Source: an uncultured Lentimicrobiaceae bacterium (GTDB taxonomy: Bacteria; Bacteroidota; Bacteroidia; Bacteroidales; WCHB1-69). From it: a stretch of 64,000 nucleotides of DNA. The stretch is taken from NCBI GenBank assembly GCA_964610025.1, contig CAZSTX010000003.1, positions 11,080-75,079 on the forward strand, read 5' to 3'. The notes under the pieces are model-generated. The model saw only the letters and a program-made list of their open reading frames with translations, ran no database searches and had not been told where the DNA came from. Made by a program: the position numbers and the translations under genes. The stretch's first letter is position 1; each line of letters begins with the position of its first letter. Shown here piece after piece: positions 51,645 through 62,900 of the stretch.

Positions 51645-52283
51645 ATGAGAAGAATTATACTTCTAATATGTTTTGTTTTATTTTGTAAAATAGTAATATT
51701 TGCCACAATTGCTATTCCTCCCGGGACAATAACACTCGATAAAAAAACAAAAACATATATCGATGCTACCGAAACTACTGTTGCCAATTGGGCAGAATAC
51801 CTATATTGGTTACAAACAACTAAAGGAATACAATCCGAAGAGTATATCAATGCCCTACCCGACTCTGCTACTTGCGAAAAATTATACGGTGCAACCCGCT
51901 ACTTTCAACATCCAAAATACAAAGATTATCCAATTGTAGGACTTACTTACGAACAAGCTGTTAATTACTGCAAATGGAGAACTGATAGGGTAAATGAAAT
52001 CACAAAAAAAGGGAAAGTAACCTATTCGCTTCCTGATGTATATGATTTTCAAGCTGCTTATAGTAAGCAAAAAAATAATAAAAATTTTTCTTTAACAATT
52101 ATTCCTGTCAATCAAAAAAGTAAAAAAATTACTGGAATAGGTTATAATGTACAAGAATACACATCAGATCCTAATGTTATATTGATTGGTTCAAAAGAAA
52201 ACACACTCTTATTCGATGATTTTATTGGCATTAATCATTTATTAGGGTTTCGATGCAAGGCTGTAAAAATCAATAATAAATAG
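51645..52283 (+). CDS. small FGE-sulfatase (SUMF1/formylglycine-generating enzyme-like) domain protein
   Basis: Start trimmed to MRRIILLICF (signal/anchor). Motifs: IDATETTVANWAEYLYW, DYPIVGLTYEQAVNYCKWRTDR, YSLPDVYDFQAAY, GYNVQEYTSD and C-terminal LGFRC. Confidence 0.65.
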   Translation: MRRIILLICFVLFCKIVIFATIAIPPGTITLDKKTKTYIDATETTVANWAEYLYWLQTTKGIQSEEYINALPDSATCEKLYGATRYFQHPKYKDYPIVGLTYEQAVNYCKWRTDRVNEITKKGKVTYSLPDVYDFQAAYSKQKNNKNFSLTIIPVNQKSKKITGIGYNVQEYTSDPNVILIGSKENTLLFDDFIGINHLLGFRCKAVKINNK

Positions 52284-52311
52284 CGAATAAATGTTGCGAT
52301 ATTATGTTAAT

Positions 52312-53343
52312 ATGAAAATAAAAAACTTATTCATTATAGGAATATTATTTTTTTTATTTTTCTCTTGCCAAGAGAAAAAAACTAAATCTGTACCCAAAGT
52401 AAATAAGATAAAAATTAAAAACATAGAAAAAACAACACATGTCAATATATTACGTTATGAAGACTTGTTATTTACAATGAATCAAGATAGTATCGCTAAT
52501 ATATTAGAAAAATCTAAAAATGACTATACGGTATTTTTAGGCGATCACCCATCTACTCCCGAAAACATTAAACAGCTCAAAAGTTTTATTAATTATAATG
52601 TACATCAAGATGTGTACAAGGCTGTAAAAAAACAATACCCTAATTTAATTGACTTAGAAAAAGAATTTTCATCTGCATTCTCTTTGATTAAATACCATTT
52701 TGCCGATACAGCTCTTCCAAAAATTTATACTACGATATCAGGGTTTAACTTCGAAAGACCTATCATCTATGAAGATACTTTTTTAATTATATGTATTGAT
52801 ATGTATTTAGGACCCAATTACACTTATTATAAAAAATTAGGGAATATGGTACCTCAATTCATTATAAATCGGTATTCAAAAGAATATATAATGCGAGATT
52901 GCATGAAAGAAATGGCTTATAAATATATGAAATACAATTTCAACACCAGCAATTTACTCGAAGAAATGATAATAGAAGGGAAACGCTGGATGTTTGTCGA
53001 AACAATATTACCCAAACTACACGACAGTATTATTACAGGCTATTCGTTCGAGAAACTAACATGGGCACAACAAAACGAATCGAACATTTGGGCATACCTA
53101 ATTGATAAGCAATATTTATATTCTAACGATAACACGATGATAAGAAAATTGATATACGAAGCTCCTTTTACAGCTTATTTTGGCAATACGTCTCCTGGTC
53201 AATTAGGTGCTTGGATTGGATGGCAGATATGCCGTTCTTGGATTAAAAACAATCCTGACAAAAAAATAACAGAGCTAATGAACAATAAAGACTCACAAAC
53301 AATATTGAAAGAATCAAAATACAAACCACATAAAAAACATTAA
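52312..53343 (+). CDS. gldB: gliding motility lipoprotein GldB
   Basis: Lipoprotein signal MKIKNLFIIGILFFLFFSC (alternative upstream ATG at 52291). The C-terminal region W..QNESNIW.YLIDKQYLYS...APFT.YF....PGQLGAWIGWQICRSWIKNN....ELM....QTILKESKYKP matches my memory of GldB. Confidence 0.7.
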   Translation: MKIKNLFIIGILFFLFFSCQEKKTKSVPKVNKIKIKNIEKTTHVNILRYEDLLFTMNQDSIANILEKSKNDYTVFLGDHPSTPENIKQLKSFINYNVHQDVYKAVKKQYPNLIDLEKEFSSAFSLIKYHFADTALPKIYTTISGFNFERPIIYEDTFLIICIDMYLGPNYTYYKKLGNMVPQFIINRYSKEYIMRDCMKEMAYKYMKYNFNTSNLLEEMIIEGKRWMFVETILPKLHDSIITGYSFEKLTWAQQNESNIWAYLIDKQYLYSNDNTMIRKLIYEAPFTAYFGNTSPGQLGAWIGWQICRSWIKNNPDKKITELMNNKDSQTILKESKYKPHKKH

Positions 53344-53355
53344 ACACATAAGACT

Positions 53356-54183
53356 ATGGTATTACTGATAAGTTTTATAAAAATTAATTTTATTGATGTA
53401 TTAGATATTATATTAGTTGGATTTTTATTTTATCAATTATATCGTTTAGTAAAAGGAACGGCTGCACTAAATATATTTATTGGATTATTACTATTTTATA
53501 TACTATGGAAAATAGTCGTTTTATTTCACTTAAACCTGCTTTCAGAGATATTTGGTCAGTTTGTAAGCGTAGGTGTGATAGCTTTAGTAGTTGTTTTTCA
53601 ACCTGAAATACGTAAATTTCTTTTATTTATTGGGAGCAATAATCCATTAAAAAAAGCAAATATTTCGATATGGAGAGAAAGAAAAGAAAAAGCAGAATAT
53701 CCTAAAATAAACACGATTGTCAAAGCCTGTTTTCATATGTCGGCAACTAAAACAGGTGCTTTGATTGTAATAACAAAAGACAATTTATTAGAAGAATATA
53801 CTCAAACAGGCGATATTATTAATGCAAGAACATCTTTAGATTTAATTGAAACTATTTTTTTTAAAAACACCCCTTTACACGATGGCGCCTTAATTATTTC
53901 TAAAAAAACAATGGTAGCAGCACGATGTGTTTTACCTATCACTCGCAAAAGCAACATTCCTTCCAATTTGGGATTACGACACAGAGCAGCCATAGGCATT
54001 AGCGAAAATACAGATTGTGTAGCTATTATCGTTTCGGAACAAACAGGAAGAGTTTCATTTTGTTATGAAGGCAACATCAAGCAAGACCTAACAGCCGATG
54101 AGCTAAAACTCATATTAAAAAAACACTTTCTAAAACAAGAAATAAAAGAAAAAATAAAAGAAAAAATAAAAAAACAATATTAA
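53356..54183 (+). CDS. cdaA: diadenylate cyclase CdaA (DisA_N domain, three N-terminal TMs)
   Basis: 275 aa with TGALIVI, TPLHDGALII, LGLRHRAAIGISE and VSEQTGRVS. Confidence 0.9.
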   Translation: MVLLISFIKINFIDVLDIILVGFLFYQLYRLVKGTAALNIFIGLLLFYILWKIVVLFHLNLLSEIFGQFVSVGVIALVVVFQPEIRKFLLFIGSNNPLKKANISIWRERKEKAEYPKINTIVKACFHMSATKTGALIVITKDNLLEEYTQTGDIINARTSLDLIETIFFKNTPLHDGALIISKKTMVAARCVLPITRKSNIPSNLGLRHRAAIGISENTDCVAIIVSEQTGRVSFCYEGNIKQDLTADELKLILKKHFLKQEIKEKIKEKIKKQY

Positions 54184-54195
54184 AGTCGTTAGATT

Positions 54196-55677
54196 ATGGA
54201 AAAATTTAAAAATTACATCAACGGACAATGGGTTGATGCTGTATCAGGAAAAACATTTAAAAATATAAATCCTGCTAATCAAGAAGATATTATTGGTGAA
54301 TTTGCCTTTTCAGAACAAGCTGATGTCAACAATGCAGTGGCAGCAGCAAAAACTGCTTTTGAAAGCTGGCGTTTAATGCCTGCACCTAAACGTGGCGATT
54401 TATTACGAAAAGTTGGCGATATTTTTAATCGTAGAAAAAAAGAATTAGCAAGCATTATGACACGTGAAATGGGAAAACCAACTTTTGAAACAGAAGGCGA
54501 TGTACAAGAAGCAATAGATACAGCTTATTATGCTGCCTCTGAAACACGTCGTTTATTTGGACACACTGTGCCAAGTGAAATGGATAATAAAATGAATCTT
54601 TCGTTTCGCGTTCCAATAGGAGTAGTAGGAGTAATTACAGCATGGAATTTCCCAATTGCAGTACCATCGTGGAAAATATTGCCTGCATTAGCTGCTGGCA
54701 ATACAATAGTGTTTAAACCATCGAAAGATGCACCACATTCTGGTGTTATTTTTGCCGAAATCATGGAAGAAGCAGGCTTCCCAAAAGGAGTGTTTAACCT
54801 ACTTCTTGGCACCGGAAGCATGGGAGATATGATAGTTAATCATACTGATGTAAAAGTAATTGGATTTACAGGCTCGACTGAAATCGGATGTAAAATAGCT
54901 GAAGTATGTGGGCGATTAAATAAAAGAGTTTCATTAGAAATGGGTGGAAAAAATGCTCAAATTGTTATGGAAGACGCTAATTTAGAATTAGCATTAGAAG
55001 GAGTATTATGGGGAGCTTTTGGAACAACAGGTCAACGCTGCACGGCTACTTCTAGATTGATAATACACAAAGATGTATACGATAAATTTCTTCATATGTT
55101 GAAAGAACGCACCGAAAAACTTAAGATAGGCGATGGACTGATAATAGGAACAGAAATGGGACCTGTTATTCATATTAAATCACTCGAAAACTGTGAACGC
55201 ATGGTGAAACTTGCCATCAAAGAAGGTGGAAAATTAATTACAGGAGGCAAACGCTGCACAAAAACAGAACTACAAAAAGGATGCTTCTTCCAACCGACAA
55301 TTATTGCAGATGTAGACGAAAAACATACTATATTTAATGAAGAAATTTTCGGGCCAGTACTCTGTGTAGCTAAAGCCGATTCATTTGAACATGCTTTGTT
55401 TTTACAAAACCATTGCGAATATGGACTTTCGGGTTCGATTTACACTAAAGACGTCAATAAAGCATGGGTGGCTGCACGTGAAATACAAACAGGTATTTGC
55501 TACATCAACGCTCCTACTATAGGTGCAGAAGCACATATGCCTTTTGGTGGAATAAAAGGAACAGGAAATGGACATCGTGAAGGTGGATGGACAGCTTTTG
55601 ATATTTTTACAGAGTGGAAAACAGTTTATTTCGACTATTCTGATAAATTGCAAAGAGCACAAATTGATAATTATTAA
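54196..55677 (+). CDS. NAD(P)-dependent aldehyde dehydrogenase family protein
   Basis: 493 aa with the FTGST motif, catalytic Glu in LEMGGKN, catalytic Cys in GQRCTATSR and EEIFGPV. Confidence 0.9.
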   Translation: MEKFKNYINGQWVDAVSGKTFKNINPANQEDIIGEFAFSEQADVNNAVAAAKTAFESWRLMPAPKRGDLLRKVGDIFNRRKKELASIMTREMGKPTFETEGDVQEAIDTAYYAASETRRLFGHTVPSEMDNKMNLSFRVPIGVVGVITAWNFPIAVPSWKILPALAAGNTIVFKPSKDAPHSGVIFAEIMEEAGFPKGVFNLLLGTGSMGDMIVNHTDVKVIGFTGSTEIGCKIAEVCGRLNKRVSLEMGGKNAQIVMEDANLELALEGVLWGAFGTTGQRCTATSRLIIHKDVYDKFLHMLKERTEKLKIGDGLIIGTEMGPVIHIKSLENCERMVKLAIKEGGKLITGGKRCTKTELQKGCFFQPTIIADVDEKHTIFNEEIFGPVLCVAKADSFEHALFLQNHCEYGLSGSIYTKDVNKAWVAAREIQTGICYINAPTIGAEAHMPFGGIKGTGNGHREGGWTAFDIFTEWKTVYFDYSDKLQRAQIDNY

Positions 55678-55796
55678 AAAGCTAATATTATTGTCCGATA
55701 AAAGTTAAAAATTATTTTCCAAAAATTTAAAAAGTAAGCCCACTAAAAGAGTGTTAAAGCATTTATACTCCTTGCTAAATTCCTTAATAAACTTGA

Positions 55797-55841
55797 ATTT
55801 ACCTGTTTATAAATCATAACACGATTTATAAACAGGTAAAT
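55797..55841. repeat. perfect 19-bp-stem palindrome (7-nt loop) between convergent aldehyde dehydrogenase and methyltransferase genes
   Basis: ATTTACCTGTTTATAAATC (55797-55815) pairs with GATTTATAAACAGGTAAAT (55823-55841). No flanking T/A-tract. Confidence 0.9.
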
Positions 55842-55852
55842 CACTATGTAAC

Positions 55853-56983
55853 TTATGTATTATAAACAACGTTAATTGGATGTACTTCACTCGAATTAAG
55901 CACTGCCTGCCTACTTGCATTTAGCCTTTGTTGGCTACTGGGCATAGTGTCAATCAGTTCTATAAATTCGTAATCAGGTTTAGCAATAAAAAGGTCTCCT
56001 TTAACTGTTTCAAGTTTCTCCTTTGTGGCTTTAATAGCATGTTCAGATTGGTCAATTCCAATCCATTTTCTATTATTAGTTTGGGCTGATTTTAATGTTG
56101 TTCCCGAACCGCAAAAACAATCTAAAACTATACTTTCATTATTTGAGGAAGTTTTGATAATTAAATCTAATAAGTCTGGATTTTTTTCAGTTGGATAAGT
56201 CGGATATTGAGGGTCTTTATACTCCCAAATATCTTGTACTCGTTTACCCTCTCGCTCGTCTGCAAATATAATTTTTCTGGGATTTCCATTCGATGACCAT
56301 TCAATTAACCCGTCTTTATCCCATTGTTCTAATGTTTCTACATCAACTCTCCAATGCCTTCCTTTTGGAGGTAATATTCCTTTAAATGGTTGACTCGATT
56401 TTCCGTTTTCCGTTTCGCCTGGCGCATGAATTGGGACTGTAGTATATCTTCTGCTTAGTTTATCTTTTTTAGGAAATAATTTTTCAAAATCTTTTTCGGT
56501 ATATTTTTCTCTCGGCTCATTCCAAATAGGGGTTGTGGTTTTTGAATAGAATAAAATTAAATCCTTAATGTTTCCATAACCAATTCTATCAAAGTTTTTT
56601 GGATTACATTTAATTCTTGTAATATCGTTCTTGAAATTTTCTATCCCAAAAACTTCGTCCATCATAACTTTTACGTAATGACCAATTTTATAGTCAATAT
56701 GCAAATATATTGAACCTTGTTCTGACAATAATTCTTTTAATAAAACTAATCGTTCTCTCAAAAACTCAATAAAATCTTTTCCTTTTAATGTATCTGAATA
56801 AGCAACATTTCCATTTTTAGAATTACTTATTGTTGTTGCCCTACCGTCAGTAATTGTAAAATTACCACCAGTTGCAAAAGGTGGGTCAATATATACTAAA
56901 TCAATTTTGCCTTTTAAGTTTTTTTTGTTTAAAAGGTGCTTGAGACCGGCAATATTATCTCCATGTATTAAAATACTTTTCAT
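55853..56983 (-). CDS. beta-class N6-adenine (or N4-cytosine) DNA methyltransferase, Type II R-M
   Basis: 376 aa. Motif IV (VYIDPPFATG) lies near the N-terminus, and YPTEKNPDLLDLII...VLDCFCGSGTT (motif I) near the C-terminus. This is the PF01555-like order. DPPF favours m6A. Confidence 0.88.
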   Translation of the reverse strand: MKSILIHGDNIAGLKHLLNKKNLKGKIDLVYIDPPFATGGNFTITDGRATTISNSKNGNVAYSDTLKGKDFIEFLRERLVLLKELLSEQGSIYLHIDYKIGHYVKVMMDEVFGIENFKNDITRIKCNPKNFDRIGYGNIKDLILFYSKTTTPIWNEPREKYTEKDFEKLFPKKDKLSRRYTTVPIHAPGETENGKSSQPFKGILPPKGRHWRVDVETLEQWDKDGLIEWSSNGNPRKIIFADEREGKRVQDIWEYKDPQYPTYPTEKNPDLLDLIIKTSSNNESIVLDCFCGSGTTLKSAQTNNRKWIGIDQSEHAIKATKEKLETVKGDLFIAKPDYEFIELIDTMPSSQQRLNASRQAVLNSSEVHPINVVYNT

Positions 56984-56986
56984 GGG

Positions 56987-57769
56987 TTAAATTTGGTATA
57001 AAAATTCACGTAAAACCAATGCACTCATAATATTATAATTCTTGTAGGTTTCGGTGATGGACTTGTACATCTTATTTTTACCTTTAATATACAATACTCC
57101 GTCTAAAATGGCAATTTTAATTGCATTTACTTTCTTAGCTTCAACAGTACTGATTGCATCATTAAACTGGGCATTTTGATGTCCCCCAAAATCAGTTAAG
57201 AATTTTGCTTCACCTATTACATATTTCCCATTGAAACGACCAACAAAATCAAGTCCTTTATTGTGATTGTAGCCCAATTCATTTTTTGCAAAATCCATCA
57301 TGGACTTATCACTCCCGTCTAAAATGGCATCCTTTTTATTTGAAAGAAATTTATTTAATTCAACTGGAGTTATTCCTAAAGATTTTTTACGTAACCATTC
57401 TCGAAACATTGGTCCGATTTGACGATTTGTTTCTTTAGGCTCACTACACCTTTCATATAATTTATCAAGTCCGATTTCGTATATTCTACCGCATATTCTA
57501 TTTATAGTTCGAGGATTGCGGTCAATAGAAGAACTGTCTCTTTTTAAATATGCAATGTAACTATCTTTAATTGGGAATAAGTCAAGTTTTAAAAGTTCTC
57601 TAATTAGCAATCCATTATTTTTGCGTTTAAATGCTTTTTCTACTTCAGTCCAAACTTTTTCATCAATTTCTCTTATCCCTTCTGGAATTGTCGGATATAC
57701 TTGAAACAAGTCATCAAGATATGACCTTTGATTTGCGTATTCTATGCTTAAATTAGTCCATTTACTCAT
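56987..57769 (-). CDS. putative Type II restriction endonuclease (PD-(D/E)xK-like)
   Basis: 260 aa. Its stop is 3 nt before the methyltransferase start. Candidate catalytic core LDFVGRFNGKYVIGEAKF (D...E-x-K). Specificity unknown. Confidence 0.55.
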   Translation of the reverse strand: MSKWTNLSIEYANQRSYLDDLFQVYPTIPEGIREIDEKVWTEVEKAFKRKNNGLLIRELLKLDLFPIKDSYIAYLKRDSSSIDRNPRTINRICGRIYEIGLDKLYERCSEPKETNRQIGPMFREWLRKKSLGITPVELNKFLSNKKDAILDGSDKSMMDFAKNELGYNHNKGLDFVGRFNGKYVIGEAKFLTDFGGHQNAQFNDAISTVEAKKVNAIKIAILDGVLYIKGKNKMYKSITETYKNYNIMSALVLREFLYQI

Positions 57770-58118
57770 TATTCGTTTTTTTTTAAAGATACGAATTTTC
57801 TATCGTGTTTCAATTTTTCGTTTTCTTGACTTGTTACCAACTTATTTATCTCCCCACAAACTCCCGCTTACGCAACATAATAGTTGGCTTGGCGTAGTAT
57901 ATTTGTATTTGTAAATATATAAAAATTTTTGTTCAAAATAAAAGTTATTTTCAATTGCAAAAATAAACTTTTTTTTAATACTATACGCATTTTTTGAAAA
58001 TCAATGGATATTTTCTGATAATATTCAACAATAACCTATAAATTTCCTTAGATTTTTGATGTAAATTTAATGTTTTTTGAATATCGTGAAGTGATAATAA
58101 TAAAAAAATAAGCAATAA

Positions 58119-58610
58119 TTATTTTTGTTGAAGCGAACGATTAGTTTCTATTACTTTAGTTTTCATAGCCTCTTTAAACTCCAACAACTTATTATATAAT
58201 TGTTTGTTATTAGTAGCTATTATTTGCGTTGCAAGTATCCCCGCATTTCGGGCTGCATTTAATGCTACTGTCGCTACAGGAATCCCTGATGGCATTTGAA
58301 GAATAGACAATACCGAATCCCATCCATCAATAGAATTAGACGACTTGATAGGTACGCCAATAACAGGAAGAGATGTAAAAGCAGCAACAACTCCCGGCAA
58401 ATGAGCCGCACCGCCTGCACCGGCAATAATGACTTGCACTCCTCGTTTTTTTGCTTTTTTAGCAAAATCCATTACCAATTCAGGTGTTCGATGAGCTGAA
58501 AGAGCCTGAATTTCATAATCTATTCCCATTTCTTTTAGAAAATTTGCTGCTTCTTCCATAATAGGTAAATCAGAAGAGCTACCCATAATTATACTTACAA
58601 ATGCTTTCAT
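58119..58610 (-). CDS. purE: 5-(carboxyamino)imidazole ribonucleotide mutase
   Basis: 163 aa with IIMGSSSDLP, SAHRTP and AGGAAHLPG motifs. Confidence 0.96.
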   Translation of the reverse strand: MKAFVSIIMGSSSDLPIMEEAANFLKEMGIDYEIQALSAHRTPELVMDFAKKAKKRGVQVIIAGAGGAAHLPGVVAAFTSLPVIGVPIKSSNSIDGWDSVLSILQMPSGIPVATVALNAARNAGILATQIIATNNKQLYNKLLEFKEAMKTKVIETNRSLQQK

Positions 58611-58859
58611 TTTTTTTAAATTTTATTATGTTTTTTGCAAAAATATATTTTTTTTGCTTTTGTCTTATCAATAAAAGCACATTTATAGTAAATAGAAAAA
58701 TAAAGAAATAAAATTCTTCTCAAAACTCTTTTATTAATTACATACAATAAATTAACTATTATCACAATGTGCTATTTTTATAAAAAAAACATATAAATAA
58801 TTATTCTATAAAAAGATGCTATTTAATTGATTATTTTTGTAAAAATTTTTTTTATTGAA

Positions 58860-59891
58860 ATGACAAATTTAAAATTTACAGTTAAGCAAATAGCCAACAT
58901 CTTAGGAGGAACTACCGAAGGTAATGCTAACCTCATTATTCATAAAATCACTAAAATTGATGCAGGCGAAGAAGGTGGATTAGCATTTTTAATTGATAAA
59001 AAATTTGAGTCATATATTTATACTACAACGGCTAGTGCTGTTATTGTTAAAGATACTTTTATAGCTCAGCAAGCACTTCCTTGTACTTTAATACGTTTAG
59101 AAAATCCGCAAATGGGACTTATCAAATTATTACAATTTTATGAAAGTATAAGACCACAAAAATTAGGAATTGCTAAAAATGCCTATATTGCTAAAAGTGC
59201 AAAAATAGGAAATGGCATCTATATAGGCGAAGGGGTTGTAATAGGTGAAAATGTAACAATTGGCGATAACACTAAAATACATCCATTAAGCTATATTGGT
59301 GATAATGTAACAATTGGAGAAGACAACATATTATATGCTGGTGTGAAACTTTACGAAAACACCGTCATAGGTTCTAACTGTATTTTACATTCAGGAGCAG
59401 TTATTGGCGCTGATGGCTTTGGTTTTATGCCAGACGAAAATTATATCTATGAAAAAATTCCACAATTAGGGAATGTAATTATAGAAGACGATGTAGAAAT
59501 TGGTGCCAACACCTGTATTGATTGCGCTACTTTTAGTGCTACTATTATACGCAAAGGCGTTAAAATAGACAATCTTACACAAATAGCACACAACTGCGAA
59601 ATAGGAGAAAATACTGTTATTGCAGCATGTTGCGGAATAGCAGGTTCTGTAAAAATAGGGAAAAATTGTGTCTTAGCCGGACAAGTTGGCATTAAAGATC
59701 ATATCACTATCGGCGACCGAGCAATGGTAGGCTCGCAAGCTGGAATTCATAGAAATGTAAAAAAAGGCGACAAAGTAATTGGCAGTCCAGCTATATCAAT
59801 GGAAAAAGGATTAAAAGCACTTGGTAGCATACAGTTTTTACCTGATTTATTGCATAGAGTCAATGAATTAGAAAAAAACAAAAATAAATAA
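58860..59891 (+). CDS. lpxD: UDP-3-O-acylglucosamine N-acyltransferase
   Basis: Start trimmed to [17 protein letters not shown] (ATG 58860), with a TATTTTTG box about 20 nt upstream. Hexapeptide left-handed beta-helix repeats are followed by a C-terminal helix. Confidence 0.93.
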   Translation: MTNLKFTVKQIANILGGTTEGNANLIIHKITKIDAGEEGGLAFLIDKKFESYIYTTTASAVIVKDTFIAQQALPCTLIRLENPQMGLIKLLQFYESIRPQKLGIAKNAYIAKSAKIGNGIYIGEGVVIGENVTIGDNTKIHPLSYIGDNVTIGEDNILYAGVKLYENTVIGSNCILHSGAVIGADGFGFMPDENYIYEKIPQLGNVIIEDDVEIGANTCIDCATFSATIIRKGVKIDNLTQIAHNCEIGENTVIAACCGIAGSVKIGKNCVLAGQVGIKDHITIGDRAMVGSQAGIHRNVKKGDKVIGSPAISMEKGLKALGSIQFLPDLLHRVNELEKNKNK

Positions 59892-59902
59892 TTTATTAAA
59901 AA

Positions 59903-62900
59903 CTACTCTATTTCATATTTTTCAGAAAACTTAGGAAGTCTGATAATAAAGGTTGTACCTTGTCCTAAAACAGATTCCACATCAATGGTTCCATTCCAAT
60001 CATTGATAATATTTTTCACCATCACTAAACCCAATCCCATGCCTGTCGATTTCGTAGTAAAACGTGGAACAAAAGCGTGTTTTACTGTGTTTTGGTCCAT
60101 CCCTTTTCCGAAGTCTTTAATTTGAATTTCCCACATTTGACTGCCATAGTCCTTAAGTCCAATAATAATTTTTTGTATTTCGTGTTCTTTTCTCGCTTGA
60201 GCTGCATTTCGTATCAAATTATTAAATACTCTTATCAATTGTGTTTTTTGTATATAAACAAAAGCATAGTCTTTGTTTGTTTGGTTATCAAATATCACTA
60301 CATATGATTTTTGTTGTAAGTGCAAATTTAATACGTTTTTAATAATCGCAATCAAATTTTCTTTCATTCCTTCGCCTTGATGAATTTTTGTTAGAATATA
60401 AAACGAAGAGGTAATATCGTTGATAGTTTCAATTTGATTGAGCAACATATTGGTATATTGTTCAATTTTTTCCATTTCAATTTTGCCATCTTCAATTTCT
60501 TTTCTAATTTGTTGTGTTCTTAATTTCATTGGTGTTAGAGGGTTTTTAATATCGTGTGCTATTTGTTGAGCCAATTCTTTCCATGCCAATTCTCTTTCAG
60601 AACGGCTCAATAGTTCGACACTTATTTCTAATTCGTCTATCAATCGATTGTATTCTTGTATCAACAATCCTATTTCATCTTTGCGTTTCCATTCGATTTT
60701 TTCATTGATAGACAATAATTTAACTTTCGCTAAATGATTTGAAATCTTTGTTAACGACATCGACACATAGCGTGTCATGAGAGTTCCAACAAGGATAGCA
60801 AATAAAATAAATAATCCATAAAAACTCAAAAACGTTGAAAAGAAACTTGTTAATTGATAATCCATTCGCGATTTTCGTTCCAAATTAGAATAAGAAAGAT
60901 AGGCAACTATTTCACCTTTTTTATTTATTATAGGCTTATAAAGTATGATATATTGATTATCGCCTTTTATGTTTTCTTCGATATACATAGAAGAAGCATC
61001 GTAATTAATAGCTTGTAAAGCATAGGGATTTATCAATGTGTTTTCGAAAGAGACAATGGTTGCTTTTTTTTGTTTAATAGAAATTTTATTTCCTTTCAGA
61101 TGAAAAATGCTAATACTGGGTATATAATCTTGCAGCACGCCTGAAGAACAAGTAAAATCTATTTCTTTCATATCTGTTGATGACAACAAATTACAATCAT
61201 CAAGAGACGACATTATCATGTTATTAATAAGATTAATGCGATAAATAGAGTTTCTGAGCATTTCGCTCTTATTAGAAGACAATGTGTAATGTATAAAAAA
61301 CACAGCTCCTAAAACTGTAGAAATAAGCAATAGCGAAATAACTAAACGTTGCATTTGTCCTCTAAATGAAGTAAAAGAAGATTTAAGACCTATTAAGTAA
61401 TAAATAAAAAAAGGAATGATAGCAAAAATAAGTAAGATTACAAAAATAAATGAAACAGAAGAGAGTTTTTTTACAAACGAATCTTTTATCGTTGATAGCA
61501 AAAGCACATTATTGGTCGAAGTTTTATAAATTGTATGAGAAAAGCCATCTGCATCAAAAGTTAAACCAGTATATATGGTATCTAAATTGTATTTTTTAAG
61601 AGATAATTTATAAAAAGCCCTTGTTTCTCTATATGTTTTAAGAGTATCGTTTTCATATTCTGCATACGACAAAGTGGTAAGTTCTTTTTCGATACGATGA
61701 GGATTTTTATTGATAATAGGTTTTGTAAAATTAGCATTGGTTTCCATTTCAAAAAATAAAAAAGCTGTGTCATTTTCTGCCTTAGTATTTATAAAAGGAA
61801 AACTAATTTTAATAATATAATAAGGTTTTCCTAATCCTATTCTTAAAAAGCCAACATTTTTATCTTGTGATAATTTTTCTGATTTTACAAATTGGTCATT
61901 ATACGTTTTAATTACTTCCGAATCTTGTTCTTGCGAACTATATGCTATTTGAAATCCAATTTTATATTGTTCTATATATTTATAAAAATAATAAGTATTA
62001 AGATATGCTTCAATATCATCAGTTATATGATTAGATTGTTTTAAAAAATTTGCTATTTTAATATCAGAGTGTAGGCTATCTTCTATTTCACATAAGTCAT
62101 ACACCATCAAAGGGTCTTCGGTAAGCAATAGCATTTCGGCAAAATTTTCTTTTTGCCGTTCTAATTTCATTGTATTTATTTTTTCACTAATAAAAAAGAT
62201 AATCAATCCAAAAAGCAGAAAAAGAATTGAATAATAAATATAAGAAGAAAATTTATGAGAGTATATTATTTTTAAAACAACTACCACTACAAATAAAATT
62301 AATATCCCTAAATAAACAAAATACATATAATAAAAAGTAAAAATATTACTGTAAATCAAAGATGCAATAGCTATTATAGGGATAGAAATAAAGATTAAAT
62401 TATACACAAACGATTTTAATGAAGAAAACAATTTCAAGGTCTCTTCCATTATTTTCTTAAAAATAAAAGTTAAAATCCAAAATAGCGAAGAGATAGAAAA
62501 TAAAATCATTAAGCTCAACTCATCATATTTGTACAATAATACAGGCGATATCGTAATGGTAGTATCATTAATAATACTATAAAGGAATATAAATACGTAT
62601 ATATACAAGCATATAGCCACTATAATCATAAAATACCTTAGCATATATTTCATTACTTTTTCTTTAAAGTGAAAGTTTAAAGAAAAGGTATTTTCAAAAA
62701 ATATAGCAAATATAAAAAGAAAATATGTTTGTATAATCAGCGTCCCGAGCGACGACAAATAAGATGCATAATAGAGAGAGCTAAAAAGATTAGAAGCATA
62801 GAGCGAAAAAGGCATTTTAAAAAAATACAAAACAGACATAACTAATACGATAAGTAAACCGAGTGTTAGCCATATCCAATTTGTATTTTCACTAAAACAT

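Noticed and set aside
51645-52283. Diversity-generating retroelement target (FGE-sulfatase/C-lectin-like fold), also considered for the FISUMP proteins
   Set aside because: There is no reverse transcriptase, no template/variable repeat pair and no adenine-specific mismatch pattern anywhere in the window.
54140-54180. 12-nt tandem repeat (ATAAAAGAAAAA x about 2.5) encoding KEKIKEKIKEKIKK at the cdaA 3' end
   Set aside because: It is a short low-complexity lysine/glutamate tail in frame with an otherwise standard CdaA, and there is no evidence of function or variability.
56919-56926. A8/T8 homopolymer early in the methyltransferase gene as a phase-variation switch
   Set aside because: Runs of 8-10 A/T are frequent throughout this AT-rich sequence, including in housekeeping genes. 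Nothing singles this one out.
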